From: Terriglobia bacterium
Lineage (GTDB): Bacteria > Acidobacteriota > Terriglobia > 20CM-2-55-15
Assembly (NCBI GenBank): GCA_965198225.1
Contig: CBDAOY010000007.1
Location: 224,001 to 288,000 of the forward strand
Direction of reading: 5' to 3'
DNA length: 64,000 nucleotides
A model generated the notes under the pieces. It was not told the DNA's origin, searched no databases, and saw only the letters and a list, made by a program, of their open reading frames with translations. The stretch's first letter is position 1. Each line of letters starts with the position of its first letter. Made by a program: the position numbers and the translations under genes. This document shows, one piece after another, positions 46,627 to 56,910 of this stretch.

Positions 46627-49092
46627 ATGTTGGTCGAGCCGTTTTTGGTCTTTCAACGGAGGCTAGTTTTGGCGAGACGATTCTTTGTGATCCTGGCCGT
46701 AACGGTTGTGTGCCTTGCCGCGGTTGCGGACATGAAACTGGCGCGAGAGCAGCCGACCCAGGCGGCTGCCGCCGGTGAGCAAACCGCCACTCTGTCGCTC
46801 GAGGCGCAACAGGCGGTGATCGACCAGTATTGTGTGTTCTGCCACGACGATGTCGAGATGTCGGGCAACATGACCTTGTCGGCGTTGGATCTCGCCCACG
46901 TGGATGAGAACCCGGAGCTGGCGGAGAAGGTGATACGCAAGCTGCGAGCGGGCATGATGCCTCCCCCGGGCCAGTCGCGGCCGGATCCGGACACGCGCAG
47001 GGCTCTTGCAGCATCGCTGGAATCGGCGATCGACCGGGCTGCTGCCGGCCAGCCGAATCCCGGAAACCGGAGCTTTCAACGACTCACTCGCACCGAGTAT
47101 GTTCGCTCGATCCGCGACCTGCTTGGGGTCGAAGTCGATGTCGCTCCGTTCCTTCCGCCCGACACGGTCAGCGACGGATTTGACAACATCGCCGACAACC
47201 AGTCTTCCTCGCCGACGTTGATGGAGGGATACATCCGGGCGGCCCACCGGATCAGCCGCGAGGCCTTGGGCGATCCGACCGGCGGCGCCACGGCGACCAC
47301 CTACAGGCCTCCGCGGACCGGCTCGCAGATGCGTCACGTCCAGGGTGCGCCGTACGGAACGCGCGGCGGGATGGTCGTCGAGCACAACTTCCCGGCCGAC
47401 GGCGAGTACGTCCTCAGGTTGTTGCTCTACGGCGCGCGTACCGGTGCGCTGTTTGGCAACGTCGTCCGTGGTGAGCAGATCGAGGTTGCGATCAACGGCG
47501 AGCGGGTGGCGCTGCTGGACATCGACCACACGCTGAGCCAATCGTCGCCCGACGGCTTGAACCTTCGGACAGGATCGATCGCGGTAGCGGCCGGCCCGCA
47601 GAAGGTGTCGGCCGCTTTCATCGAGGGATATTCGGGTCTCGTCGACGACCTGGTTTCGCCGATCGAACACACCCTGGCGGATCGCACGACAGGCACGCAG
47701 GTACAGATGACCCATCGGCCCCACCTCCGGGAGCTCGAGATCAAGGGCCCGTATACCGTGACCGGTATGTCGGAAACGCCCAGTCGGGCGAAGGTCTTTA
47801 CGTGTCGGCCTGCGGCTCCCAGCGAGGACGCTGCTTGTGCCGAGGAGATCATCACCCGGCTGGCACGCCAGGCTTTCCGGAGGCCTCCGACACCTGAAGA
47901 CCTGGAAGGGTTGATGACGCTGTATGAAAGCGGACTGGGCGACGGAGGTTTCGAGTCGGGAATTCGCACAGCTCTGCAAGCCATCCTGGCGAGCCCTCGC
48001 TTTCTGTTCCGGTTGGAAAGCGCGCCGGCCGACGCGAGACCGGGCGCCAGTTATCGGCTCGGTGACTTCGAGCTGGCGTCCCGCCTGTCGTATTTTCTGT
48101 GGGCCACCGCCCCGGATGACGAACTGATCAGCGTGGCAAGCCAGGGGCGGCTCCAGGATCCCGCGGTTCTCGAACGCCAGGTGCGACGCATGCTGGCCGA
48201 TCCCCGCGCGGAGTCGCTGTCGACGAAGTTCGGCGCGCAGTGGCTGCGGTTGTCGGACCTGGAGAAGCTCGACCCGGATTTCCTGATCTATCCCCAGTAC
48301 GACGCCCTGCTGGCTCAGGCGATGAAGCGCGAGACGGAGTTGTTCTTCGACAGCATCGTGCGCGAGGACCGCAGCGTCTTCGATCTCCTGACCGCGGACT
48401 ACACGTTCGTCAATGAACGCCTGGCCAGCCACTATGGCTTTCCAGACGTTCTGGGCCACGAGTTTCGTCGGGTCGTGTGGGATGACGAGAATCGGAGAGG
48501 TGTGCTTGGGCACGGCAGCATTCTGACATTGACTTCGATCGCCGATCGAACCTCGGCGGTGCAGCGCGGGAAATGGGTCATGGAAGTCCTCTTCGGGACG
48601 CCGCCTCCTCCTCCTCCTCCGAATGTGCCGGAGTTGGAGCAGACCGCAGGCGTCTTGGACGGCAAGGTACTGACGCTGTCCGAGCGTATGGAAATGCACC
48701 GCGCGAACCCCGCCTGCAACTCCTGTCACCGATTGATCGATCCGATCGGGCTGGCGCTGGAGAATTTCGACGTGACCGGAGCGTCGCGGATCAAAGACGG
48801 GACCCAAATGGTCGACACAAGGACGGAGTTGTTCGACGGGACAAAGGTGGATGGTCCGGCCGGCCTTCGTCAGGCGATCATGAACTATTCCGATGCGTTC
48901 GTCCTTACGTTGACGGAAAACCTTCTGACCTACGGCCTGGGTCGGAGGGTCGAATACCCGGACATGCCGATGGTCCGCACGATCATTCGAGAGGCGGCCG
49001 AAAACGACTACCGGTTCTCTTCACTGATCATGGGAATCGTCAAGAGTCCGGCGTTCCAGATGAATACGTTCGCAGAATCCGCGGAGAACTAG
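46627..49092 (+). CDS. DUF1592/DUF1587/DUF1588/DUF1585/DUF1595 cytochrome-c-motif protein; start uncertain
   Basis: CVFCH and CNSCH motifs; ELASRLSYFLW; RGKWV; PPPPPPNVP. Confidence 0.85.
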   Translation: MLVEPFLVFQRRLVLARRFFVILAVTVVCLAAVADMKLAREQPTQAAAAGEQTATLSLEAQQAVIDQYCVFCHDDVEMSGNMTLSALDLAHVDENPELAEKVIRKLRAGMMPPPGQSRPDPDTRRALAASLESAIDRAAAGQPNPGNRSFQRLTRTEYVRSIRDLLGVEVDVAPFLPPDTVSDGFDNIADNQSSSPTLMEGYIRAAHRISREALGDPTGGATATTYRPPRTGSQMRHVQGAPYGTRGGMVVEHNFPADGEYVLRLLLYGARTGALFGNVVRGEQIEVAINGERVALLDIDHTLSQSSPDGLNLRTGSIAVAAGPQKVSAAFIEGYSGLVDDLVSPIEHTLADRTTGTQVQMTHRPHLRELEIKGPYTVTGMSETPSRAKVFTCRPAAPSEDAACAEEIITRLARQAFRRPPTPEDLEGLMTLYESGLGDGGFESGIRTALQAILASPRFLFRLESAPADARPGASYRLGDFELASRLSYFLWATAPDDELISVASQGRLQDPAVLERQVRRMLADPRAESLSTKFGAQWLRLSDLEKLDPDFLIYPQYDALLAQAMKRETELFFDSIVREDRSVFDLLTADYTFVNERLASHYGFPDVLGHEFRRVVWDDENRRGVLGHGSILTLTSIADRTSAVQRGKWVMEVLFGTPPPPPPPNVPELEQTAGVLDGKVLTLSERMEMHRANPACNSCHRLIDPIGLALENFDVTGASRIKDGTQMVDTRTELFDGTKVDGPAGLRQAIMNYSDAFVLTLTENLLTYGLGRRVEYPDMPMVRTIIREAAENDYRFSSLIMGIVKSPAFQMNTFAESAEN

Positions 49093-49161
49093 AGTACTGG
49101 ATTGCTAGACGGCTTTTAAATTATCGAGATGAGTTGAAATAGGTTTCAGGGAGGCAACAGG

Positions 49162-50541
49162 ATGTTCATCACGAAAAAACACATTTCGCGCCGAACAATG
49201 CTTCGTGGGATGGGGGCTGCGGTAGCGCTCCCGTTCATGGAGTCGATGGTGCCCGCTCAGACGCCGGTGCGAAAGACGGCGGCGGTATCTCCCGCGCGCT
49301 TGACTTGCATCGAAATGGTGCACGGCTGTGCCGGCAGCAACGCCTACGGGATCAAGAAGAACATGTGGGCTCCAGCCGCCGTGGGTCGAGATTTCGATCT
49401 GACTCCCAGCGCCCTGTTGCCGCTGGAACCGTTCAGGGATTACCTGACGATCATCAGCAACATCAATGTTCCTGCGGCAGAGGCCCACTTCCCGGAAGAG
49501 GTGGGTGGCGACCACTATCGAACGGCCTGCACGATGTACACCCAGGCCCATCCCAAGCTGACGGTGGCTTCCGACATCTATTGCGGGATATCGCTGGATC
49601 AAGTCTACGCGCAGCGGTTTGGCCAGGACACGCCGATCGGGTCGATCCAGCTCAGCATCGAGAGTGTGGACCAGCAGGGTGGATGCGGCTACGGGTATTC
49701 CTGTGTCTACACCGACTCGATCGCCTGGGCGTCGCCCACCGATCCGCTTCCCATGGTGAGAGATCCGCGCGCGGTGTTCGAGCAGTTGTTCGGCGGAGGC
49801 AGCACGCCGGAACAGCGTGCCGCCCGCCTGCAGACGGATCGAAGTATTCTCGATTGGATTGCCCGCGATTTTGCCCGACTGAAGCAGGATCTGAGCCCGG
49901 TCGATCGCAGCAGGCTCAACGAGTATCTGGATGACATTCGCGATGTGGAGCAACGGATCCACAGGATCGAGGCACACAACTCTTCCGGTGGGGCCAGAGA
50001 GTTGCCGGATGCTCCGGTCGGGGTTCCGGATTCCTACGACGAGCACGTCAAGCTGATGTTCGACCTGCAGGCGTTGGCATTCACCGCGGGCATCACGCGC
50101 GTTTCGTCGTTCAAAATGAGTCGCGACAGCTCGGGCCGCGTCTGGCCGGAAACGGGTGTCCGGACCGGGTTCCATTCGGCGTCCCATCACGGAGCCAGGC
50201 CCGCCAGACTCGAGGACCTCAAGAAGATCAACACCTATCACGTCAGTCTGATCCCGTACTTCCTGGAGAAGTTGAAGAACACACCCGACGGCGACGGCAG
50301 CCTGCTGGACCATACCCTGCTCATCTACGGTTCCGCTATGGGCGATTCGAACCTCCACAACCACGTGCGGACCCCCCTGTTCATGGCAGGCGGTGGCAAT
50401 GGTCAGTTCAAAGGCGAGATGCACGTCAGAGCGGAAGATGGAACGAGCGTCGCCAATTCTTTCCTGACCGTGCTGCACAGGCTTGGTCTTGACGACGTGG
50501 ACAGCTTCGGCGACAGCACCGGAGAACTTACGACAATCTGA
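49162..50541 (+). CDS. DUF1552 family protein with Tat signal
   Basis: ISRRTMLRGMGAAVALPFMESM leader; SLDQ, RSILD and YGSAMGDSNLHNH motifs. Confidence 0.87.
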   Translation: MFITKKHISRRTMLRGMGAAVALPFMESMVPAQTPVRKTAAVSPARLTCIEMVHGCAGSNAYGIKKNMWAPAAVGRDFDLTPSALLPLEPFRDYLTIISNINVPAAEAHFPEEVGGDHYRTACTMYTQAHPKLTVASDIYCGISLDQVYAQRFGQDTPIGSIQLSIESVDQQGGCGYGYSCVYTDSIAWASPTDPLPMVRDPRAVFEQLFGGGSTPEQRAARLQTDRSILDWIARDFARLKQDLSPVDRSRLNEYLDDIRDVEQRIHRIEAHNSSGGARELPDAPVGVPDSYDEHVKLMFDLQALAFTAGITRVSSFKMSRDSSGRVWPETGVRTGFHSASHHGARPARLEDLKKINTYHVSLIPYFLEKLKNTPDGDGSLLDHTLLIYGSAMGDSNLHNHVRTPLFMAGGGNGQFKGEMHVRAEDGTSVANSFLTVLHRLGLDDVDSFGDSTGELTTI

Positions 50542-50573
50542 AGGTGAGACGCGTAGCGCGGAGGAAACAAAAG

Positions 50574-52112
50574 ATGTTGCGTAAGAGTGTAATCGGTAGC
50601 CTGTCGGTGGGCGTCGTCGGCGTCCTCTGTGTGACCGCGGTCCTTCTGGCGAGCCCTTCCAATGCGCCGGTCGCCGATGCGGCCATGCAGGGCGACACCG
50701 ACGCCGTGCGCTCCCTGCTCGGAGCGGGGGCGGATGTCAATGCAACCCAGGGGGATGGCATGACGGCGCTGCACTGGGCAGCAGTCCGTGGTGACGTCGA
50801 ATTGGCCGAGGTCCTGATTTCCGCCGGGGCGGAAGTGGCTGCCACGAACCGGTTGGGCGCCTATACTCCTCTGTTGCTGGCGAGCAAGAGCGGGAGCGCC
50901 CCGATGATCAACACTCTGTTGGTGGCCGGGGCAGAAGCGAATCCGGCTACGACGACCACCGAGATGACTCCTCTGATGCTGGCTGCCACCGCGGGCAGTG
51001 CCGACGCAGTGACACTTCTGCTCGAGCACGGCGCCGACGTGAACGCGACCGAATCCTCTCACGGACAGACGGCCTTGATGTTTGCGGCAGCCCTCAATCA
51101 CGTAGACGCGGTCGAGGCCCTGATGGAGTACGATGCGGACCCCGCGATCGCGACCGACGTCCGGATGCCTCCGACTCGTCCCCGTGAGGGTGGCGTCATT
51201 AATCGCAACTTTCAGCGCGAACGGGATAGGTCCGATCCTCTCGGTGGTTTGACGGCGTTGATTTACGCGGCGCGCCAGGGCCACACCGAATCGGCCCTTG
51301 CCCTGGTCGAGGCCGGGGCGGACATCGACCAGGTGAGCCCGGCGAACCGTGTCAGCCCACTGGTGATGGCCACGATCAACGGCCGTTTCGATCTGGCGAT
51401 GGCGCTGCTCGAACGCGGTGCGGACCCGAACCAGGCCAGCACATGGGGAATGACGCCCCTGTACGCCGTGATGAACGTGCAGTGGGCGCCCCACGCGTTT
51501 TATCCCACACCCAGTGCCGACCAGGAAAGGGCCACGCACATGGAGTTGGTCCGGACGCTGCTCGATCACGGTGCGGACCCGGACGCCAGGATGACCGCCC
51601 GCAGGCTCTGGTACAACGTTTACGCCTCGGGAGGAGTCGGCAACATCAATGAGTCGGGCGCAACGGCGTTCTGGAGAGCCGCGCAATCGAGTGACGTCGA
51701 GGCGATGCGTCTTCTGATGGCGTTCGGTGCGGACCCGAACATACCGACAACCGAGGGCACGTCTCCGTTGAACGTGGCGGCCGGCGCCGGCTGGCGCGGC
51801 AACTTGAACGTGAACGCGCCGGTCGGCTGGATGCCGGCCGTTCGGTACCTCGTCGAGGAGCTCGGCGCCGACGTGAGTGAGGGCAACGTCCACGGCTACA
51901 CACCGCTACACGCCGCAGCGGAAAGAGGAGACAACCAAATGATCCTCTACTTCGTAGGCAAGGGAGCCGACGTGAAGGCCGTGACCACTCGGGGCGAGAC
52001 CGTGACGGATATGGCGAACGGCCCGCGACAGCGAATTCGACCTTTCCGCCAGACGATAGCTCTTCTGGGCGCGCTGGGCGCGCCGTTCAGTCACAAGTGC
52101 ATATCCTGCTGA
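50574..52112 (+). CDS. Exported ankyrin-repeat protein
   Basis: Signal peptide; many TALHWAA/TPLMLAA repeats. Confidence 0.88.
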   Translation: MLRKSVIGSLSVGVVGVLCVTAVLLASPSNAPVADAAMQGDTDAVRSLLGAGADVNATQGDGMTALHWAAVRGDVELAEVLISAGAEVAATNRLGAYTPLLLASKSGSAPMINTLLVAGAEANPATTTTEMTPLMLAATAGSADAVTLLLEHGADVNATESSHGQTALMFAAALNHVDAVEALMEYDADPAIATDVRMPPTRPREGGVINRNFQRERDRSDPLGGLTALIYAARQGHTESALALVEAGADIDQVSPANRVSPLVMATINGRFDLAMALLERGADPNQASTWGMTPLYAVMNVQWAPHAFYPTPSADQERATHMELVRTLLDHGADPDARMTARRLWYNVYASGGVGNINESGATAFWRAAQSSDVEAMRLLMAFGADPNIPTTEGTSPLNVAAGAGWRGNLNVNAPVGWMPAVRYLVEELGADVSEGNVHGYTPLHAAAERGDNQMILYFVGKGADVKAVTTRGETVTDMANGPRQRIRPFRQTIALLGALGAPFSHKCISC

Positions 52113-52246
52113 GAATCAGTCACCGCAAACGGGCGGCCGGCCGGGCAGGGGCCGCGGTCGCCCATTAATCCTCACCACAACGCCGCTCGAGACATTCGGT
52201 CAGGACTCGAACTATACAAAACAGGGGGCGGATCTCCTGAGGAGGT

Positions 52247-52513
52247 GTAGGTGCGGTCTATGACCGCACATTCTTCGGGCCGAAACGATGTGCGCTCATA
52301 CAAGCTGTGAACGAATGCCATTTGTTTGAGAATCGGGTGGCGGGGCTTTTCACCAAGAACCTGCGATCCTCAAGTGTAGGTGCGCTCCATGAGCGCACAA
52401 ATGCCCGCGGAACCACAAGTTGTGCGGTCATAGACCGCACCTACACGTGAAAAGCCCCGCCACCCGATTTTCCGTTCCCATAATTCGTTCACAGCTTCAT
52501 AGAGCGCACCTAC
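52247..52513. repeat. GTAG-type REP cluster with a nested inverted-repeat element
   Basis: GTAG-GTGCG(G/C)TC(T/C)ATGA(C/G)CGCAC copies at 52247 and 52376 plus reverse copies; internal 15-bp IR AAGCTGTGAACGAAT / ATTCGTTCACAGCTT. Confidence 0.82.
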
Positions 52514-52558
52514 ACCTGAGCCCCTCTTCGCAGAATCGGTGGGTGGCTACCAAGGCAG

Positions 52559-52586
52559 AAAAAAGGCGGGTCGAAACGACCCGCCT
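52559..52586 (-). terminator. Rho-independent terminator of the creatininase gene
   Basis: AGGCGGGTCG-AAA-CGACCCGCCT hairpin followed by a T-run on the minus strand. Confidence 0.75.
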
Positions 52587-52635
52587 GTGCAAAATGAGAA
52601 GGCGACCCCGGAAAAAGACGGGCCGTCCACACTCT

Positions 52636-54429
52636 TTACCGCTGTTCCATGCTCCTTGCCGTGATCCTTTCACGGATCACGTTCGTCGTGCGTTTCGCAC
52701 GGGCGTCGGAGATGGCCTTGGCGAGCTCGAGCGACCGACTCAGATCGGCAATCGAGACCCCGTTGATGACCGCCTGCCCGGTCTTCACCCGCTGCGCCCA
52801 ACGGACGGAGTTGGGATCGTCGAGCATCATGTTGAGCGTGATGCCCGGGCTGTCGTGCAAACCGTCCCTGGGCATGTCATCGGTCGTGACACCCAGATCG
52901 CGCAGGACGTTCGGGGTGCCCGGAGGGGCCCGGTAGTACTCGCCGATGTGAAAGGCGGACGCCTCTGAGCCCCAGTTGGCGGTGAGCTTCTCGGCGACGT
53001 TCGCCTGGCCGCTCTGATTGCCGCCGCTGTCGCCGATGAAGATGATGTTCTTAAAGCCGTGCGCCTTGAGGCTCTCCGCCGTGTCGGTCAGCACTGCCTC
53101 AAAGGTCTCCTGGCGGAGACTCAGAGTGCCGGGGCTGCGCATGTGGCCGCTCTGCGGATCGATATTCCCTTCGGGAACCAGCTCCATCACCGGCGCGCAG
53201 AGCGCGTTGCCCAGTTCTTGCGCGATGGCGGGGCAGTTGGTTCGCAGCACGTAGTTGTGCTTGCCCGTCACGAGCCACGGGCCGTTCGGCTCGATGCCGC
53301 CGGTCGAGATAATGGCCGTTGTCTTGCCCTCATTCAGGGCATCCCGAACGTCCATCCACGTCATCTCTTCGATCCACACCGTATCCGCCTTGGGCAGCGG
53401 ATTGGGCGTGTCCGAGCAGTTGTACTCGTTCGCGTCGCAGCTGCCGCCGCCCATCGTCCGCGGGTTGGGAGCGGGTCTCTGCGCCTGCTGGCCGCCGCGA
53501 CCGCCACGACCTCCTCTCGCCTGTCGCTGGGGCGCCGGGAGAGTGCCCCTGTTCGCGATCGCCCTCTTGATCGCCGTCGCGGTCTGGTTCGCCCGGAAGT
53601 CGACGATATCTCTGGCGAGCTCGAGCGACTTCACACGGTCGGCGATCGAAAAGCCGTTGATGGTCGCTTTGCCGGCGGCAACCCGCTTTTCGTAACGCAC
53701 CGAGCTGGGGTCGGTGTGGAACATGTTCAGGGTGATAATGGGATCGTCGTGGAGCCCGTCGCTTTCAGTGGCCTCCAGACCCCTGTATGCCATGTACCTG
53801 CTGACACCCCCGTAGTCGTAGTACTCCTGCACGTGCGCCACGACGGCGGCGCCTCCAAACTGTGCGTTCAGTTTTTCGGCGACAGAGCGCTGGCCGCCCT
53901 GATTGCCACCGCTGTCGCCGATGAAGATGATGTTCCGGAAGCCGTGCATCTTCAGGCTGTGTGCGACATCGGTCAGCACCGCCTCGAAGGTGTCGCCGCG
54001 GAGGCTCAAGGTGCCGGGGCTGGTCATATGGCCACTGGGCGGATCGATCGAGCCTTCGGGAACAAACTTGATGATGGGCGTGCAGATCGCGTTACCGAGC
54101 TTGCGCGCGGTCGCGTCGCAGTTGGCGCGCAACACGTAGTTATGTTTGCCCGTCACGAGCCACGGGCCGTTCGGCTCCATGCCACCGGTAGGGACGATGG
54201 CCGTCGTCTTGCCGTCAGCCAGGGCATCGCGGACATCCGTCCACGTCATCTCCTCGAGCCACACCGTGTCGGGTGTGGGTAGCGGATTGGGCGTGTCCAC
54301 GCAGTTGTACACATTCGCATCGCAGTCGCCGCCGCCTATCGAGCGCGGATCGGGCGCAGGTCGCTCCTGCGCCTGCAGCGGCACGGCGACAAGAAGCACC
54401 ACAACGAGGGCTAGAATCGTCTTCTTCAT
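52636..54429 (-). CDS. Secreted protein with two tandem creatininase-family domains
   Basis: Signal peptide; EEMTW.DVRDAL, GG.EPNGPWLVTGKHN, PGTLSLR and IIFIGDSGGNQ each occur twice. Confidence 0.85.
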   Translation of the reverse strand: MKKTILALVVVLLVAVPLQAQERPAPDPRSIGGGDCDANVYNCVDTPNPLPTPDTVWLEEMTWTDVRDALADGKTTAIVPTGGMEPNGPWLVTGKHNYVLRANCDATARKLGNAICTPIIKFVPEGSIDPPSGHMTSPGTLSLRGDTFEAVLTDVAHSLKMHGFRNIIFIGDSGGNQGGQRSVAEKLNAQFGGAAVVAHVQEYYDYGGVSRYMAYRGLEATESDGLHDDPIITLNMFHTDPSSVRYEKRVAAGKATINGFSIADRVKSLELARDIVDFRANQTATAIKRAIANRGTLPAPQRQARGGRGGRGGQQAQRPAPNPRTMGGGSCDANEYNCSDTPNPLPKADTVWIEEMTWMDVRDALNEGKTTAIISTGGIEPNGPWLVTGKHNYVLRTNCPAIAQELGNALCAPVMELVPEGNIDPQSGHMRSPGTLSLRQETFEAVLTDTAESLKAHGFKNIIFIGDSGGNQSGQANVAEKLTANWGSEASAFHIGEYYRAPPGTPNVLRDLGVTTDDMPRDGLHDSPGITLNMMLDDPNSVRWAQRVKTGQAVINGVSIADLSRSLELAKAISDARAKRTTNVIRERITARSMEQR

Positions 54430-54860
54430 GTTCCTCTCCGATTGGGCGAGCGTCTTACCGAGGCTTCGACCGAGCCATTCGGTGCGCCCGGGGGTTGATC
54501 CCGATTTGATGAAGAACCTCCCGCACTCGATGGTCCGTGCCAGAGCGGGAGCTCTTACACTGCGGACAAAGCGCGTCAGGCCGTGCATCGCTATGTATCC
54601 TCAATGGTAAGGCCGCGTGCTTTCGGTGGGGATTGTACCAATCCTCGGCGGCGGAGAGGAGAAATAAGAGACTAGTGGCTACAGGACGTCTAGACAACCT
54701 TGGGACGTCCAAGCCACGGGCACACTCGGACTTGGGTACTCCATTCTTTCACTCCGGCTGGCGATCCAAGTGGCAAGCGTATGTACGACACTTCGTCACG
54801 CGCATAGACCGTCTGGCGCAGCCACGTGTTATGCGGTATGGAGGAGTCCCTAGAAGACTT

Positions 54861-55205
54861 TCAGAACCACGGCTTTCGGCCCACGACATATGTCTGCTCG
54901 AACTCTTCATCCGATTTCGTAAGGTAAAGAATGCCTTCGATCAGCGCGATGATCGCAAGCGCGATGTTCGGGAGTCCTAGCAGAAAAATTGTCACGATCC
55001 ACCCAACCGTGTTGGTCAGAAGATAAATGAGACCCGGACCAATGTAGCCCAGATAGAATTTGTGAATTCCAAAGCCGCCAAGAAAAATCGCAAACAACCC
55101 TGCTGCGACTTTGCTCTTGGAGCCCGGAGTTACAGTACCGGTACCGCCCAGCGCCCTGTAGACCGCAACAGCATTGTTTCCTTGGACATCAAAGTCGACT
55201 GACAT
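54861..55205 (-). CDS. TM2-domain membrane protein (possibly 5'-truncated)
   Basis: KSKVAAGLFAIFLGGFGIHKFYLG...IEGILYLTKSDEEF. Confidence 0.85.
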   Translation of the reverse strand: MSVDFDVQGNNAVAVYRALGGTGTVTPGSKSKVAAGLFAIFLGGFGIHKFYLGYIGPGLIYLLTNTVGWIVTIFLLGLPNIALAIIALIEGILYLTKSDEEFEQTYVVGRKPWF

Positions 55206-55552
55206 CCCCGTCGCCTGCAGTGGTTAGGCGATCTCGCAGTCTAGCTATTGCAAGGCGAAAATAAATCCGTCCCCTTTTCTTTACGGACCTCGACCACGGT
55301 GACCCAGGGGGGCGGCTCTCTCCCGTACCTGGCAGGCCGTGGTTCGGTAGGTTGGCGTGCAAAACGACGACATCCAGGGGGGCGGAAAATCATCGTGATT
55401 CTCCTGCGTACCTGGTCACGAATCGAGGGATGTTCTCGCCGGATCGAACCACCCACACGCTGACGACATTGGCGCGTCCCGTCGGTCCATTCAGGGTAGC
55501 CCGAATCTAGAATCTCTGCCCATACGGCGTCGACGTCTCGCCATCGAACGTC

Positions 55553-56008
55553 CTACGCCGCATAGCCTTTGATTCGTACGACCTGCTCGGCGAGATCCAC
55601 CGTCCCCGTGGCCCAGATCTGAAGGGTGTTGACCCAGGCGTAGGCCTTTGAAGAGGTTGTCAGGGTTACGTTCTCGCGGAGATCAGCGATGGTGCTTCCT
55701 TCTCGCGGCGTGGCAACGCCGTCCGCGAAAAAGGCAATTCGCTCCCCGCCCTCCGTGGTGATCTCTGCATGAATGTGGAGCTGAAACCGGCCGTCCGCAC
55801 GAATCTGCAGGTAGTCGACGCCTTTGAGATTACCCTTGAGTCTCGGTCCAGTTGCCTCGCCCTCGAATGCGACATCGAATCGTGCCCCTTCTGCCGGTGG
55901 TGCGGCGTCCCCTGCCATCAGAGCGTCGAGACTAACGCCGTAGTCCGTCATGCCTGTGAACTTGACAGTGTATTCGTACAGCAGGTCTCCCACTTCAATC
56001 GTGCTCAT
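55553..56008 (-). CDS. DUF3237-like beta-barrel protein
   Basis: G.DYLQIRADG...I.TEGG...YAWVN pattern; RBS GGAG upstream. Confidence 0.6.
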   Translation of the reverse strand: MSTIEVGDLLYEYTVKFTGMTDYGVSLDALMAGDAAPPAEGARFDVAFEGEATGPRLKGNLKGVDYLQIRADGRFQLHIHAEITTEGGERIAFFADGVATPREGSTIADLRENVTLTTSSKAYAWVNTLQIWATGTVDLAEQVVRIKGYAA

Positions 56009-56142
56009 TGGTGCTCCCTCCTCAAAGTTGGCAAGAAGACATGACGCCTAACGGATCACGATTGAGCTGCAGCGGCCGCTCAATCCTCGAAGAAGTAAAA
56101 GTCGCGATCGCTGTTATGGTTGCTGTTTCATCCAACATGGCC

Positions 56143-56247
56143 GCCTAACGGTTTGGCGATAACCCGCGCCGAGGAGCATTGCGCCGAGGGAACCGCTGAA
56201 CGGCCCGCAGCGCCGGAAGCGGCGCCGGGTTCATCGCCGTGTTAGGC
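56143..56247 (-). mobile_element. Integron attC-like site
   Basis: Minus strand: R'' GCCTAAC, 5-nt spacer, L'' GATGAACC (extra base), imperfect palindrome, L' GGTTATC, R' GTTAGGC. Confidence 0.7.
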
Positions 56248-56316
56248 AGTTCCGTAGCCGAAGCAGCGCCGATTGCGTATGCTCACTAACCGGGAATGCC
56301 GTTTTCGATGTTCGGC

Positions 56317-56841
56317 CTACTCGATGCGCCGCAACGTCATCGAGGAGCCCGGTGCATTAGGGGCGGACACACTATCCACAGCCACGACACTCTCCTGAGT
56401 GAGAGTCAGCACGTCGCCGTCGATTTGGAAGTCCATCGTTCCCTGTCCGCCGACGCGTTCGGGACTCTTGGCGACCTGCGGCCGAAAGGTAATGGTGGAG
56501 CCGCTAACCTCATAAGCGCCCGTGTTGACGATGATCGTGTCGTATTGCGCGACCTTCTCTTCCGGCGTCGGGCCGAAGCTGGCTGCAGCCCGGGGACGCG
56601 GTTCCGCTCCGAGCGAGTGGACCGCGCTGTAGTGTCGCTCAGTGAAGATAAACAGACCTGGTTGCGAGGGTTCGATCGTCTCCCCCTCGCTTGAGGTCCT
56701 TGCGCTGACTGACCACACTCCGAGCAGCGGGTTGGGCGGTGCGGCTGGCTCCTCGGGCACCGGATCCGGAGCGCAGGACGCGATCGTTACCAGAATAACG
56801 AGCGCAGCAGTCCCCAACACCAACCGTGAACCTATTCGCAT
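56317..56841 (-). CDS. Lipoprotein with a lipocalin-like domain
   Basis: Lipobox IASC; LLGVW; RBS AAGGAGG. Confidence 0.75.
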   Translation of the reverse strand: MRIGSRLVLGTAALVILVTIASCAPDPVPEEPAAPPNPLLGVWSVSARTSSEGETIEPSQPGLFIFTERHYSAVHSLGAEPRPRAAASFGPTPEEKVAQYDTIIVNTGAYEVSGSTITFRPQVAKSPERVGGQGTMDFQIDGDVLTLTQESVVAVDSVSAPNAPGSSMTLRRIE

Positions 56842-56910
56842 GACAACATCCTCCTTATCTGCCTGACTACCATTAGACGACCTATCAGTTGCCGCTCGAA
56901 CCGAGAAGAC

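Noticed and set aside
46663-48807. Long antisense or alternative-frame ORFs (this 714-aa ORF, 50403-51893, 53059-54282, 4500-5522 and similar)
   Set aside because: They are shadow ORFs of well-supported GC-rich genes and show no recognisable motifs.
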